64,000 nucleotides of DNA from positions 1-64,000 of the IMG/VR virus record IMGVR_UViG_3300023181_000025, one strand, 5' to 3'. The position numbers were made by a program, and so were the translations under genes. A model generated the notes under the pieces. The model was not told where the DNA came from, did no database searches, and was given only the letters and a program-made list of their open reading frames with translations. The stretch's first letter is position 1; each line of letters starts with the position of its first letter. Positions 1-7,961 of this stretch are shown in pieces.

Positions 1-47
1 GTATTTCGGGCCGGACCAATAAAAACTAAACAAATCTAAACAAAGTT

Positions 48-75
48 GAGCGGCTCGCCCCCGCTCTTTTTTTTG
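48..75 (+). terminator. Rho-independent terminator
   Basis: GAGCGG-ctcgccc-CCGCTC hairpin followed by T9. Confidence 0.75.
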
Positions 76-180
76 TGCCTGTATCAAAAAATTGCATGCA
101 ATATTAATGATTGGGGAAATTGATAGTGTAAGCTATTTGTAAACGTATGTTAGATTTAAACAAACATAAGATATTCAAAC

Positions 181-272
181 TTAGCCTAACCTAAGAATTT
201 AAAAAGTATCTAAAAATTCTAATTAAATGAAACAATGATAGGCGCGGGTAAATAAGTTAGCCTTACCTAAGA
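181..272 (+). repeat. Imperfect 16-bp direct repeat TTAGCCT(A/T)ACCTAAGA in an AT-rich non-coding tract
   Basis: Copies at 181-196 and 257-272, one mismatch. Confidence 0.7.
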
Positions 273-373
273 TTTTTTTTGTTTATCTAATTTTTATTGT
301 TCTTTTGAACACTGTTCTGCAAGAGAGTAATCATTTGAACACCTATTGTTTATTTTTTGAGTTTTATTTAAGA

Positions 374-408
374 TTGGCATATCTATTGCGGCGCATGCCG
401 CATGCCAA
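374..408. promoter_or_regulatory. Head-to-head pair of sigma54-type -24/-12 boxes
   Basis: + strand TTGGCATATCTATTGC (GG376-377, N10, GC388-389); - strand TTGGCATGCGGCATGC (GG-N10-GC over 406-393). Confidence 0.6.
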
Positions 409-702
409 CGTTTTCTGTTAGACTGAAATTCGTTTAAAATCTTCAGTGGATAGACTATACCTAAAACGCCCCCGGCGCGTCCTAGGGCTATTTCCGGCGA
501 TTCTAGCGCGATGTTCATTTGAACACCCATAAAAAATGACATTTTGCACTATTAAGGGTATTATTTATGCGGAATTTCTTTTTCTGTTTTAGTTAAAAAG
601 GTATTGCGGGAATCAATTCAATATGGTTTCCTTTTGTTGTCGGGAGGCACTAAGGCCTTCCCGCCTCGCTAGAAAAAAATAGTCTCAAAAATTATTACCA
701 CT

Positions 703-1686
703 ATGAATGCTGCACAAGTTGCCAATCAAGCCCTGCTTACCCGCTTCAATACCCGCAATGCAATCGGGTTTTCCGAAATGAAACCGGAAAAAATCGAAAC
801 CCTTCCTTGGGACGCGCCTGTGCGTGTTGAGCGTCTGGTGTCCGCATCCGGTATTGCCTCTAATCTCTTCGGGATTATTGCCGAGCCCGAGGGGATGGAA
901 GCTCGCGTGGTGGGACAATACTCCAAAGAAAACACCCTTCTTAAGAACGTGGATGTTATCGCTCAGACTGAGGCGGCGCTTGCCTCGCTTGGCATGACCT
1001 ATGATCGCAAAATGCGCGTGGTCCGGGAGGGTGGCGGTCTGGAAGTCACCTATACCATCCAAAACTATGACCTTGGCCAGATTGGCCACTCCAAGGCACT
1101 CCCGCAGATTGTTATCCGCAATTCATATGATGGCAAATGGAAGCTTTCCGGTGAATTCCGCGTGGTCATGCTGGTTTGCTTGAATGGTCTGGAAGGTATG
1201 GCATCGGTCGCCAGCCTTACTCAGAAGCACAGTGCCAAGCTCAACCTTGCGGCCTTGTCGGAATCCATCGCCGGGATCGTGCAAGAAGGTGCCACACACG
1301 CGCAATCTCTTCAGAATCTGACTGAGGTGCCGTTCAAGGATGATATTATGGCCTTTAACTTCTTTTCCAACGTGGCACGCTATTCCAAGGGTGCTATCAG
1401 CAAGCGCAATGCCGCTCAGATGTTCGACTACTATCTTGCACCGGATGAGAATGAAGCGGCACTTGCGCCTAGCATGTGGAGGGGATACATGGCTGGCACC
1501 CGTGCTATGCGCGACTATGCGGAAGTGAGGCCTACCGCCGCACAAGCTGCTAACACTGCGTTCGGTAAGATTGCCTACCTCGCCGCAAACCCTACGTGCT
1601 CCGCATGGGCCGGTAAGGCGCGCAAAGAGCTGCTTGCCAAGCCTCCCGCTGACGCTCTGCTCGTGGAGGCGGAAGTGCTGGCCTAA
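703..1686 (+). CDS. DUF932 (DUF945)-family phage/plasmid protein
   Basis: Motif IVIRNSYDG...FRVVMLVCLNG typical of DUF932; codon usage GC-richer than the rest of the window. Confidence 0.75.
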   Translation: MNAAQVANQALLTRFNTRNAIGFSEMKPEKIETLPWDAPVRVERLVSASGIASNLFGIIAEPEGMEARVVGQYSKENTLLKNVDVIAQTEAALASLGMTYDRKMRVVREGGGLEVTYTIQNYDLGQIGHSKALPQIVIRNSYDGKWKLSGEFRVVMLVCLNGLEGMASVASLTQKHSAKLNLAALSESIAGIVQEGATHAQSLQNLTEVPFKDDIMAFNFFSNVARYSKGAISKRNAAQMFDYYLAPDENEAALAPSMWRGYMAGTRAMRDYAEVRPTAAQAANTAFGKIAYLAANPTCSAWAGKARKELLAKPPADALLVEAEVLA

Positions 1687-1705
1687 CCCCTAGCATCCAT
1701 CCATG

Positions 1706-1741
1706 ACCCGCGCGTCTAACCGGCGCGCGGGTTTCTTTTTT
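1706..1741 (+). terminator. Rho-independent terminator
   Basis: ACCCGCGCGTC-taacc-GGCGCGCGGGT hairpin plus T-rich tail directly after the DUF932 stop. Confidence 0.85.
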
Positions 1742-1764
1742 ATTTAATTATTAGGTGTTGACTC

Positions 1765-1780
1765 TGGCACGGTGCGAGCT
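1765..1780 (+). promoter_or_regulatory. sigma54-type box placed for a near-leaderless transcript of the ORF at 1792
   Basis: TGGCACGGTGCGAGCT (GG-N10-GC); predicted +1 about 1791, ATG at 1792; TTGACT at 1758-1763 abuts it. Confidence 0.5.
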
Positions 1781-1791
1781 ATTACTTGGGC

Positions 1792-2001
1792 ATGTCTGAC
1801 CAATCTATCTCCCGATCCATCCGTCGAATGTTCGCCACGCAAGAGGCGGACAGAAAACTATTCGCCGAATTGGATGCAATAGACCGTCACAATGCCGAAA
1901 TTGATGCCCGGCGGGAATTGCATGCCATGAGCTACCCACACGCTTGCTATGGCGGGGATTATGGCCCTATCAGGTATGATGAAGAAGGGAACTCAGTCTA
2001 A
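1792..2001 (+). CDS. Hypothetical small early protein
   Basis: ORF with ATG at 1792 just downstream of a promoter-like element. Confidence 0.6.
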   Translation: MSDQSISRSIRRMFATQEADRKLFAELDAIDRHNAEIDARRELHAMSYPHACYGGDYGPIRYDEEGNSV

Positions 2002-2025
2002 AGCCGCGATCATTTTTATTTATTT

Positions 2026-2087
2026 TTGGCACGCTTTATGACCCCGCATAGGGCGTGCCAACACCGCATGTTTCTTTCCCGTGCCAA
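2026..2087. promoter_or_regulatory. Second head-to-head TTGGCAC inverted pair plus an extra -24 half-site
   Basis: + TTGGCACGCTTTATGA (GG-N10-GA); - TTGGCACGCCCTATGC (GG-N10-GC, 2059-2046); - TTGGCACGG at 2087-2079. Confidence 0.55.
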
Positions 2088-2195
2088 GTTAAGGGTGAAA
2101 GACCCCCACCCCATTCCTTGATATTTCGGAAATGTTAAATAAAAAATACGGGCCGGGGGAGGCGACGAATATAACCGCAATCTCTCAAAATCCAA

Positions 2196-2515
2196 ATTAT
2201 TCAGAAACACAAAAAGCGGTCGCATCAAAATTGATTGACATTATTCAGAAACCATGATAAAACAACCCCATGAAAACTAAACTACATTTATTCTGCAAAC
2301 CACTAGGATGCACTCTTCAAGAATACCGAACTCATATTGAATCCCAATTTACTCCACTTATGGACTGGTCAAACTATAACGTATATTGGGCAATCTACCA
2401 TATCGACGGCGACCTCATCCATAACAACCACAAAAAACTCAAACCAATTCCCATACCCGCGCCCGGTGCCGCCATTATTAAACGACTAAAAGATTCTGCG
2501 GAATTATTCAGAAAC
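2196..2515 (+). repeat. Three identical 13-bp direct repeats ATTATTCAGAAAC
   Basis: Copies at 2196-2208, 2240-2252 (inside a promoter spacer) and 2503-2515. Confidence 0.8.
2235..2263 (+). promoter_or_regulatory. sigma70-type leaderless promoter
   Basis: TTGACA-N17-TAAAAC with TG extension; ATG 2270 lies 6 nt downstream. Confidence 0.7.
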
Positions 2516-2542
2516 CGTGTAAATACTAATGCCACTAACTAA
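2270..2542 (+). CDS. Degenerate HNH-endonuclease-like fragment
   Basis: LGCTLQEYRTHIESQFTPLMDWSNY..WAIYHI resembles the LGCS..L..HLE.QF...M.W.NY..WHIDHI block of viral HNH proteins; catalytic residues look eroded. Confidence 0.5.
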   Translation: MKTKLHLFCKPLGCTLQEYRTHIESQFTPLMDWSNYNVYWAIYHIDGDLIHNNHKKLKPIPIPAPGAAIIKRLKDSAELFRNRVNTNATN

Positions 2543-2551
2543 TTAATTTAT

Positions 2552-2746
2552 ATGAAAATTGATAAACTATGTAAAAAATGTAATACCGTCCAACCCATTA
2601 CTGATTTCCCGCCAATGGCCAAATCAAAGGATGGGCACGGTCCTTGGTGTCGCAAGTGTAAGCGAATTGACAGTCGAAATAAATATAAACAAAACAAAGA
2701 ATACTATATTAAGAAAGCCGCCGAATGGAAAGCCAAACAAAAATGA
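2552..2746 (+). CDS. Small Zn-finger protein (HNH/EndoVII N-terminal type)
   Basis: CKKC...F...KSKDG....CRKC. Confidence 0.6.
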   Translation: MKIDKLCKKCNTVQPITDFPPMAKSKDGHGPWCRKCKRIDSRNKYKQNKEYYIKKAAEWKAKQK

Positions 2747-2979
2747 TTGCCGCCGCCCCTTTACCTCCCAATGATGCGGCTAGAATTCCTCAGCCTGATT
2801 ATGGAGATTTATGGGAGGCCTTTGTCGCTGGTGTAAAATCTGGACAAAAACACCCCAGTGCAACCGAATATCAAATCAACCGTAGCGCGGATGCATATTG
2901 TAAGTTTTTTCATTTAACCAAGGATTCTGAGAGTTTTTACGCACTTGGCACGACAAGTGCTTATTCATGTTCATCATGA
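2743..2979 (+). CDS. Hypothetical protein
   Basis: ATG 2743 overlaps the upstream TGA (ATGA coupling). Confidence 0.5.
   Translation: MIAAAPLPPNDAARIPQPDYGDLWEAFVAGVKSGQKHPSATEYQINRSADAYCKFFHLTKDSESFYALGTTSAYSCSS
2945..2962 (+). promoter_or_regulatory. sigma54-type box
   Basis: TTGGCACGACAAGTGCTT (GG2947-48, N10, GC2959-60). Confidence 0.55.
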
Positions 2980-3050
2980 ATTTACAAAATCACGCACTAA
3001 TAGTTATCGCCTCTTTGTTCTTTCTTTTTGCGCTCGCTCTGTTTCTATAA
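2976..3050 (+). CDS. 24-aa hydrophobic membrane peptide (not in ORF track)
   Basis: Hand translation MNLQNHALIVIASLFFLFALALFL*; ATGA overlap with the upstream stop; terminator follows. Confidence 0.5.
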   Translation: MNLQNHALIVIASLFFLFALALFL

Positions 3051-3054
3051 AAAG

Positions 3055-3081
3055 AAAAGCCCCGGATTTCCGGGGCTTTTT
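3055..3081. terminator. Bidirectional Rho-independent terminator
   Basis: AAAAGCCCCGG-attt-CCGGGGCTTTT between convergent gene blocks. Confidence 0.85.
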
Positions 3082-3104
3082 GTTAAACGGGTATTAGTAG
3101 TATA

Positions 3105-3491
3105 TTATTCTTCGTTGCTGCTTTCTGATTGTTCTTCAACAACAAATAATCCTAATTCACTGTTATATACAATGTCCGCGCGTCCTTGTGTAACAGGGGC
3201 GCGTAATTTATAGATTGTTTTACTTGCATCTACCAAGTCTAAGCTTTCGTTTACGGCTCCGCCTAATACGGTATTGGCGGAAAATATGTTTTCTATTCTT
3301 TGCACTCCAATGTGGTTCATTAAAGCAAGTAATCTTTCTGTGGGCAAGCCCCATAAACGAACATTTACATCAATAAGGGTTGAGGCCAAAAGGTTGGTGG
3401 CGGAAGCAACCGTAGAGATAGACCTTTTATAAAAATTCACATCTTCTTCAAGCTGCGTTGTTTCTGGGGCGATTACATTAGGGAGGTTCAT
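3105..3491 (-). CDS. Hypothetical protein
   Basis: 128-aa ORF, last gene of the minus-strand block. Confidence 0.65.
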   Translation of the reverse strand: MNLPNVIAPETTQLEEDVNFYKRSISTVASATNLLASTLIDVNVRLWGLPTERLLALMNHIGVQRIENIFSANTVLGGAVNESLDLVDASKTIYKLRAPVTQGRADIVYNSELGLFVVEEQSESSNEE

Positions 3492-3516
3492 ATATATTTT
3501 TTGTATTGTTTTAATA

Positions 3517-4890
3517 TTACTTTTTAAGCGGTTCTTCTTGTAAGGTTACACCTAAATCTTTTAACCAAGTGTCATACATTGATTCATTTTTATGGTATGC
3601 GCATTTTATTAAAGTGATTTTTCGGCCATATATTAAGCCTGCAATTGCAAAGTGCAACCTATCTGTTTCTATCTCTGTATGTTGGCTAGCCAACTTAAGA
3701 TAATCATTTGGAGTGGGACATATAAACACAGGATCCCCCAAATCATTTTCTATATCTACAAAATAGGATTCTATATCTTTTCTAATATATTTCCCCGCCC
3801 CCTTCGTCGGTTCAGGCGAAGTTAATTTAGGAATAGCTAAAGCTAAGTCCGGCATAAGTAATAGATTTGGATGGTTTCCTTTTGCTATTTCAAAAGATTT
3901 TTTTTCACGAACGATTAAAAGACTGGCTAAATTTAAATGATCTCCATACTCCTCAATGGATTGTGGCATTACAATAAAAGGCTTGTTTGCTGCTTTGAGG
4001 AACTTTCCTATTTTTGAGAACAATTCATTATGCTTCCACCTCCCAGAGACGCCGCCGCCGCCCGCCCAACAATAAATATCACAATCTTCTGAGGGGATCA
4101 TCGTTTCTATTGGGTAGAACTCGTGCTCTATTCCATGTCTGTTCAACAACATTCGGGTTCCTTGATAAATAAGGCCATCCCCCACATTACATTTTGGAAC
4201 CAAAATGGCCACTTTTTTATTTCTAAGTATTTTTAATAAGTCCTCCCATTTGCTGTCAGAAATCAGACCTTCTTTTCCGGATTGTAGCCGAGGCATCATC
4301 TCCTTGCCGGTTCTATCTGATATTCCTCCAATCGTTCCAAACAACATCTTATCCAAACACAAAAGTTTTAGCTCCGACTTTTCCAACGCCAAATGTAACA
4401 GGGATTCATAGCAAAACCCTTGGTCAGAAAGGTCAACAAGTGCCGCAAGTCTATAAGCTATTTCTAAAAAACCCTTTTCTTTCAAAAGTTTTGTGTTGTA
4501 TAGCACTGCGTGAGAACCATAATAAGGTAAGAGAACTTCTTTTGTCTCTCCGTCTCCTGTAGGGATTATTTTTGTTATCTCTGCTCCCAACAATATCGCT
4601 CCGCAATCTTCTGGAAATTCAGGTAAATCTATATTAATATCCACCCCTTCAAAAACTGTTACGTCATCTTCAAGAACCAATACTGGACCTTTGGATTTTT
4701 TTATAATCTCCAAATGACTTAAAGAACAACCTCTGATAGCCCTAGAGTCTCTTTTAGTCTCCCAGATAGGGCAAATAGCTCTAAATATTTTGGTCTTCCT
4801 TAAAGATTTACGGATATTTCCAATACAGTCTTCTCTATCTATACGTTTGTCGTCGTGGATTATTTGGCATTCGAAATCTTTTAAAAACAT
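3517..4890 (-). CDS. Fusion of a GT25-like glycosyltransferase (N-term) and a polysaccharide pyruvyltransferase (C-term)
   Basis: GCSLSH...VLVLEDD...GSHAVLY (GT25-type); NVGDGLI...GGGG...PQSI...VREKKS...PDLA...TDRLHFAI (PS_pyruv_trans-type). Confidence 0.8.
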   Translation of the reverse strand: MFLKDFECQIIHDDKRIDREDCIGNIRKSLRKTKIFRAICPIWETKRDSRAIRGCSLSHLEIIKKSKGPVLVLEDDVTVFEGVDINIDLPEFPEDCGAILLGAEITKIIPTGDGETKEVLLPYYGSHAVLYNTKLLKEKGFLEIAYRLAALVDLSDQGFCYESLLHLALEKSELKLLCLDKMLFGTIGGISDRTGKEMMPRLQSGKEGLISDSKWEDLLKILRNKKVAILVPKCNVGDGLIYQGTRMLLNRHGIEHEFYPIETMIPSEDCDIYCWAGGGGVSGRWKHNELFSKIGKFLKAANKPFIVMPQSIEEYGDHLNLASLLIVREKKSFEIAKGNHPNLLLMPDLALAIPKLTSPEPTKGAGKYIRKDIESYFVDIENDLGDPVFICPTPNDYLKLASQHTEIETDRLHFAIAGLIYGRKITLIKCAYHKNESMYDTWLKDLGVTLQEEPLKK

Positions 4891-4899
4891 AATTCACAA

Positions 4900-4928
4900 T
4901 TAATAATACATTTTCCCGGTTTTGTCAA
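4900..4928 (-). promoter_or_regulatory. sigma70-type promoter of the GT25-pyruvyltransferase gene
   Basis: TTGACA-N17-TATTAA, ATG 9 nt downstream. Confidence 0.55.
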
Positions 4929-7462
4929 GAAATTACGTCCCAAACATTTGAACCGACATATATTAAAGTGAATGTTCCTAATGATGGAATAGTAGTAGTT
5001 CCATTTAGCGTAAGTCCCGTAGGGGATAGGGTAATATCGTAAAGACTTGCATTCCTAATAATAATCCTTGATCCTGTAGGAATTGTCATTACCCCCATTT
5101 CAATAGTTGATGCTGATGTATGTGTATGGCGCAGATATTTTCCTATATAATCAGAAGTTAACGATAATGTTGCGCCAGATCTTTCTTCAATTATTTCCGC
5201 TTCTATAGATAAGGCTTTTCTCCATTTTGCAGCCCAATTAGATCCTAGTGTTACATTTTCATACCCGCCCGCATCAGGCAAGTAAAAATTACCATTATTT
5301 ATTTGAAGCGCAAGCTGGTTAAAGCTTTTATCCCATACGCCATCTGTCGCTACGTCTTCTGCGCTATTAAAAAAATGAACTCTTGAATATAGGTATTGAA
5401 ATTCTTCCCTAAATTGAGCTACAACCGTTTGAGATGGTGGGATAGTCGTCGAAAGTTGAGAAGCAAGAGTATTTATAACAGACGTAAGGATATTATCGGG
5501 GATATCAAGCGCGGTTTTCCACGCTTCTTGCCAGTCGCCTTCCAATGTTACAGTTGCTTCGCTTTCGCCAGTGTCCTTTAGAGTGAGTTCACCATCTACA
5601 ATGGACATCCCATTTTGGGATAAGCTCGTGTCCCAAACCCCATCGGCATATGTTTCTGTGTCTTCTCTGTGGAGATTTTCTATTTTTTGATACCCTTCGG
5701 GAGAAAGAAAACCTGCGTCATCTTCAGAAGCTAAGCCATGAGAACCCCCTACAGAGCCAACGTGTGCGTCGAAATCTACTTTATCCGCCTTTTCGTTAAG
5801 ATCCGAAATTGGTAAAAATTCAATATAATAATTTAATTCTCCAAGTTTTCTTACCCAAAACCTTGTTCTTTCAACTATTTCTGAAGTATCTAAATCAGTT
5901 TCTTCATATGTGTAATAAAAGAATTGTCCTGGTTTACCAATAGTCCCTCCTCCATATTCGAAATCTAATTCAAGTTGACCTTCTGCGTCATCACCAGGTT
6001 CCCAAATTTCAACCTCATCAATTTCGTTTCCCTCTCCAAACCAAAATTGATCAATACCCGTTCTTCTAATTTCCCATCTGGACTCATCGGAAGACCAAGA
6101 GGCGGTTACTCCATTGCCGTCATCATAATATGGTTTTCCATTTATAGTATCTTCGGGAACCTCTTCAAAATAAGTTTCGAATATAGAATCTGCACCGGAA
6201 CCCGTAAAAGATAATACCCTGTCCTCAACTATAGGTGCATTTAATTCAATGGGATCAGGAATAGAGCCTAAATTATTTTTTGCTTGGGCTTGCTCTTCGC
6301 TCGTTAAAATTTGATAGTCATCAAACCTTAAGGCGGAATTATTAATAAATCCGCCCAATATAAAATTGTTAGGAACTAACTGCCAGTAAACCGGACTTTC
6401 CTTCAGACAGATAAATAGTTCGTTTTTATAGACGATAACATCCCCTAATTTGCCCGCAGTTCCTACTTCGTTATAGGGTGTTAGTTCTACATTAATCGGC
6501 TGCAAATTAGACATATTAATCCATCCAGGATCTTCGTCATAAAAATCATCTGTTGTCGTTTGATATAAAAACGAGGTATCACCAAGAAAAAAATTAATTT
6601 GCCATACTTGAAGATCCAAACTGTAAGCTAAAGATATATTGTAGTAAGTTCCTAGCCCATACTCTCCTGTATCGCTATAATTTATTTTGCCATCACTATC
6701 AGGTATATCGCTAGTTCCTGCGTTTAAAAGAACAACTTTCGCAAAATATGGCACATCGCCGCCCAAAACGAATCCTTGTCCGCCGTTTACAGGCTCGGAA
6801 TCCGCTAAAACAGGTTTATTGGTTTTTATATCAAATAAATTTTTTCCCTGCTTTGCAGATAAAGGTCTCGTGGCGGAACTAGAGTCTAGCGCGTCTACGG
6901 GAACTATATCAAGAGTATTTCTCCAAGCTGATATCCAAGAAGAAGCCATTGTGACCGTTATCCCTTCTCCGTAAAGGTGAAAATCGCCTCCGACAACCTT
7001 TAAAGAGGGCGAGCTTGTTACAGTGTTCCATAATCCTATTGAATAGGACTCAGAAGATGACACATATATAGAATTTATTTTAATTTTATCAGAAGAAGAT
7101 AAAAATCCATTTTGAGTGGTAGTCGCGGCTGCGTGAGCCGCCCCCCCAGACCCAACGTGTGTCGTATAAACCGATGTATTTAATTTCTGTGCCAATTCTT
7201 CTTCAAGGCCGTCAATTGAACTCAAAGATAAGCTCCCTATGGTTTCTTCGACAATTGCTGGCAACTGTTCTTCTATTTCCTCTATGATAGATTCTACAAT
7301 GGCGCTATCGCTAAAATCTTTTATAGCTTTTGCAAATGTGGGGTAAACCCCGGAATCGGTCGTTACCGTTTCCGTGTCTCCACCATCGGTGAATTTATAG
7401 GCTTTGTCCGAAGAACGTATAAACTTTGCGATGCTTTCTGATAATTGACTGATGCTTGGCAT
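4925..7462 (-). CDS. Tail fibre/appendage-like structural protein with internal repeats
   Basis: N-terminal TVTTDSGVYPTFAKAIK; two HVGS.G..H..A.....GFLS units; three GxW...W...W(R/K)xxLxI units; C-terminal beta-rich domain ending WDVI. Confidence 0.6.
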   Translation of the reverse strand: MPSISQLSESIAKFIRSSDKAYKFTDGGDTETVTTDSGVYPTFAKAIKDFSDSAIVESIIEEIEEQLPAIVEETIGSLSLSSIDGLEEELAQKLNTSVYTTHVGSGGAAHAAATTTQNGFLSSSDKIKINSIYVSSSESYSIGLWNTVTSSPSLKVVGGDFHLYGEGITVTMASSWISAWRNTLDIVPVDALDSSSATRPLSAKQGKNLFDIKTNKPVLADSEPVNGGQGFVLGGDVPYFAKVVLLNAGTSDIPDSDGKINYSDTGEYGLGTYYNISLAYSLDLQVWQINFFLGDTSFLYQTTTDDFYDEDPGWINMSNLQPINVELTPYNEVGTAGKLGDVIVYKNELFICLKESPVYWQLVPNNFILGGFINNSALRFDDYQILTSEEQAQAKNNLGSIPDPIELNAPIVEDRVLSFTGSGADSIFETYFEEVPEDTINGKPYYDDGNGVTASWSSDESRWEIRRTGIDQFWFGEGNEIDEVEIWEPGDDAEGQLELDFEYGGGTIGKPGQFFYYTYEETDLDTSEIVERTRFWVRKLGELNYYIEFLPISDLNEKADKVDFDAHVGSVGGSHGLASEDDAGFLSPEGYQKIENLHREDTETYADGVWDTSLSQNGMSIVDGELTLKDTGESEATVTLEGDWQEAWKTALDIPDNILTSVINTLASQLSTTIPPSQTVVAQFREEFQYLYSRVHFFNSAEDVATDGVWDKSFNQLALQINNGNFYLPDAGGYENVTLGSNWAAKWRKALSIEAEIIEERSGATLSLTSDYIGKYLRHTHTSASTIEMGVMTIPTGSRIIIRNASLYDITLSPTGLTLNGTTTIPSLGTFTLIYVGSNVWDVIS

Positions 7463-7468
7463 ATTAAA

Positions 7469-7657
7469 TTATGATAAGAATGATTGGATTTCCGGAGAAT
7501 CCTCTGAATGGCCGTAAAAATCTTCAATATAAAGCTCTAAAATATCAAAAGCTTCATCCCATTGTTCTGAAAATTTGTGTTGAAAGACAAACCCAATAAT
7601 ATCTAGATCACTATTGGGGATTCCTTGCGGGAAAGATATTATTTCTGACTTAGCCAT
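7469..7657 (-). CDS. Hypothetical protein
   Basis: 62-aa ORF preceded by AGTGTAAA late-type core. Confidence 0.55.
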   Translation of the reverse strand: MAKSEIISFPQGIPNSDLDIIGFVFQHKFSEQWDEAFDILELYIEDFYGHSEDSPEIQSFLS

Positions 7658-7709
7658 TTCTATATGCCCTTATTTACACTATTTTTAAAAACGCGCATTA
7701 AAAATTAAC

Positions 7710-7735
7710 TTCTCTTTTTAATAAATTGTATGTAA
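7710..7735 (+). promoter_or_regulatory. Putative late promoter
   Basis: TTCTCT-N15-TGTAA, ATG at 7747. Confidence 0.55.
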
Positions 7736-7746
7736 TATCTTAATAT

Positions 7747-7944
7747 ATGAAGAGTGACACTATTTTGGCAAGTCCCGACGAATCGGGTTGGTATTGGTTT
7801 AAAAAGAACAAGAAGTCTGACGTAGTTATTGTTTTTGTAAATGATGACGGAGAGGCAACAGCGACGACAGAAGATGGCTTTTCTTATATTTTAGATGATT
7901 TAATTGGTCTATGGAGTCTAATTAACCTCCCGGACGATTTTTAA
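7747..7944 (+). CDS. Hypothetical small protein
   Basis: P.ESGWYW motif seen in small phage proteins. Confidence 0.6.
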   Translation: MKSDTILASPDESGWYWFKKNKKSDVVIVFVNDDGEATATTEDGFSYILDDLIGLWSLINLPDDF

Positions 7945-7961
7945 TAAAATAAATTAATAAT

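Noticed and set aside
604-632. sigma70 promoter for the DUF932 gene (TTGCGG...)
   Set aside because: No convincing -10 hexamer at 16-18 bp spacing.
294-2228. Minus-strand and alternate-frame ORFs (294-542, 685-1089, 1123-1545, 2016-2228 and similar elsewhere)
   Set aside because: They shadow better-supported genes or run across regulatory DNA and show no recognisable motifs.
2633-2650. Additional sigma54 box GGGCACGGTCCTTGG
   Set aside because: It has GG rather than GC at -12 and lies in coding sequence.
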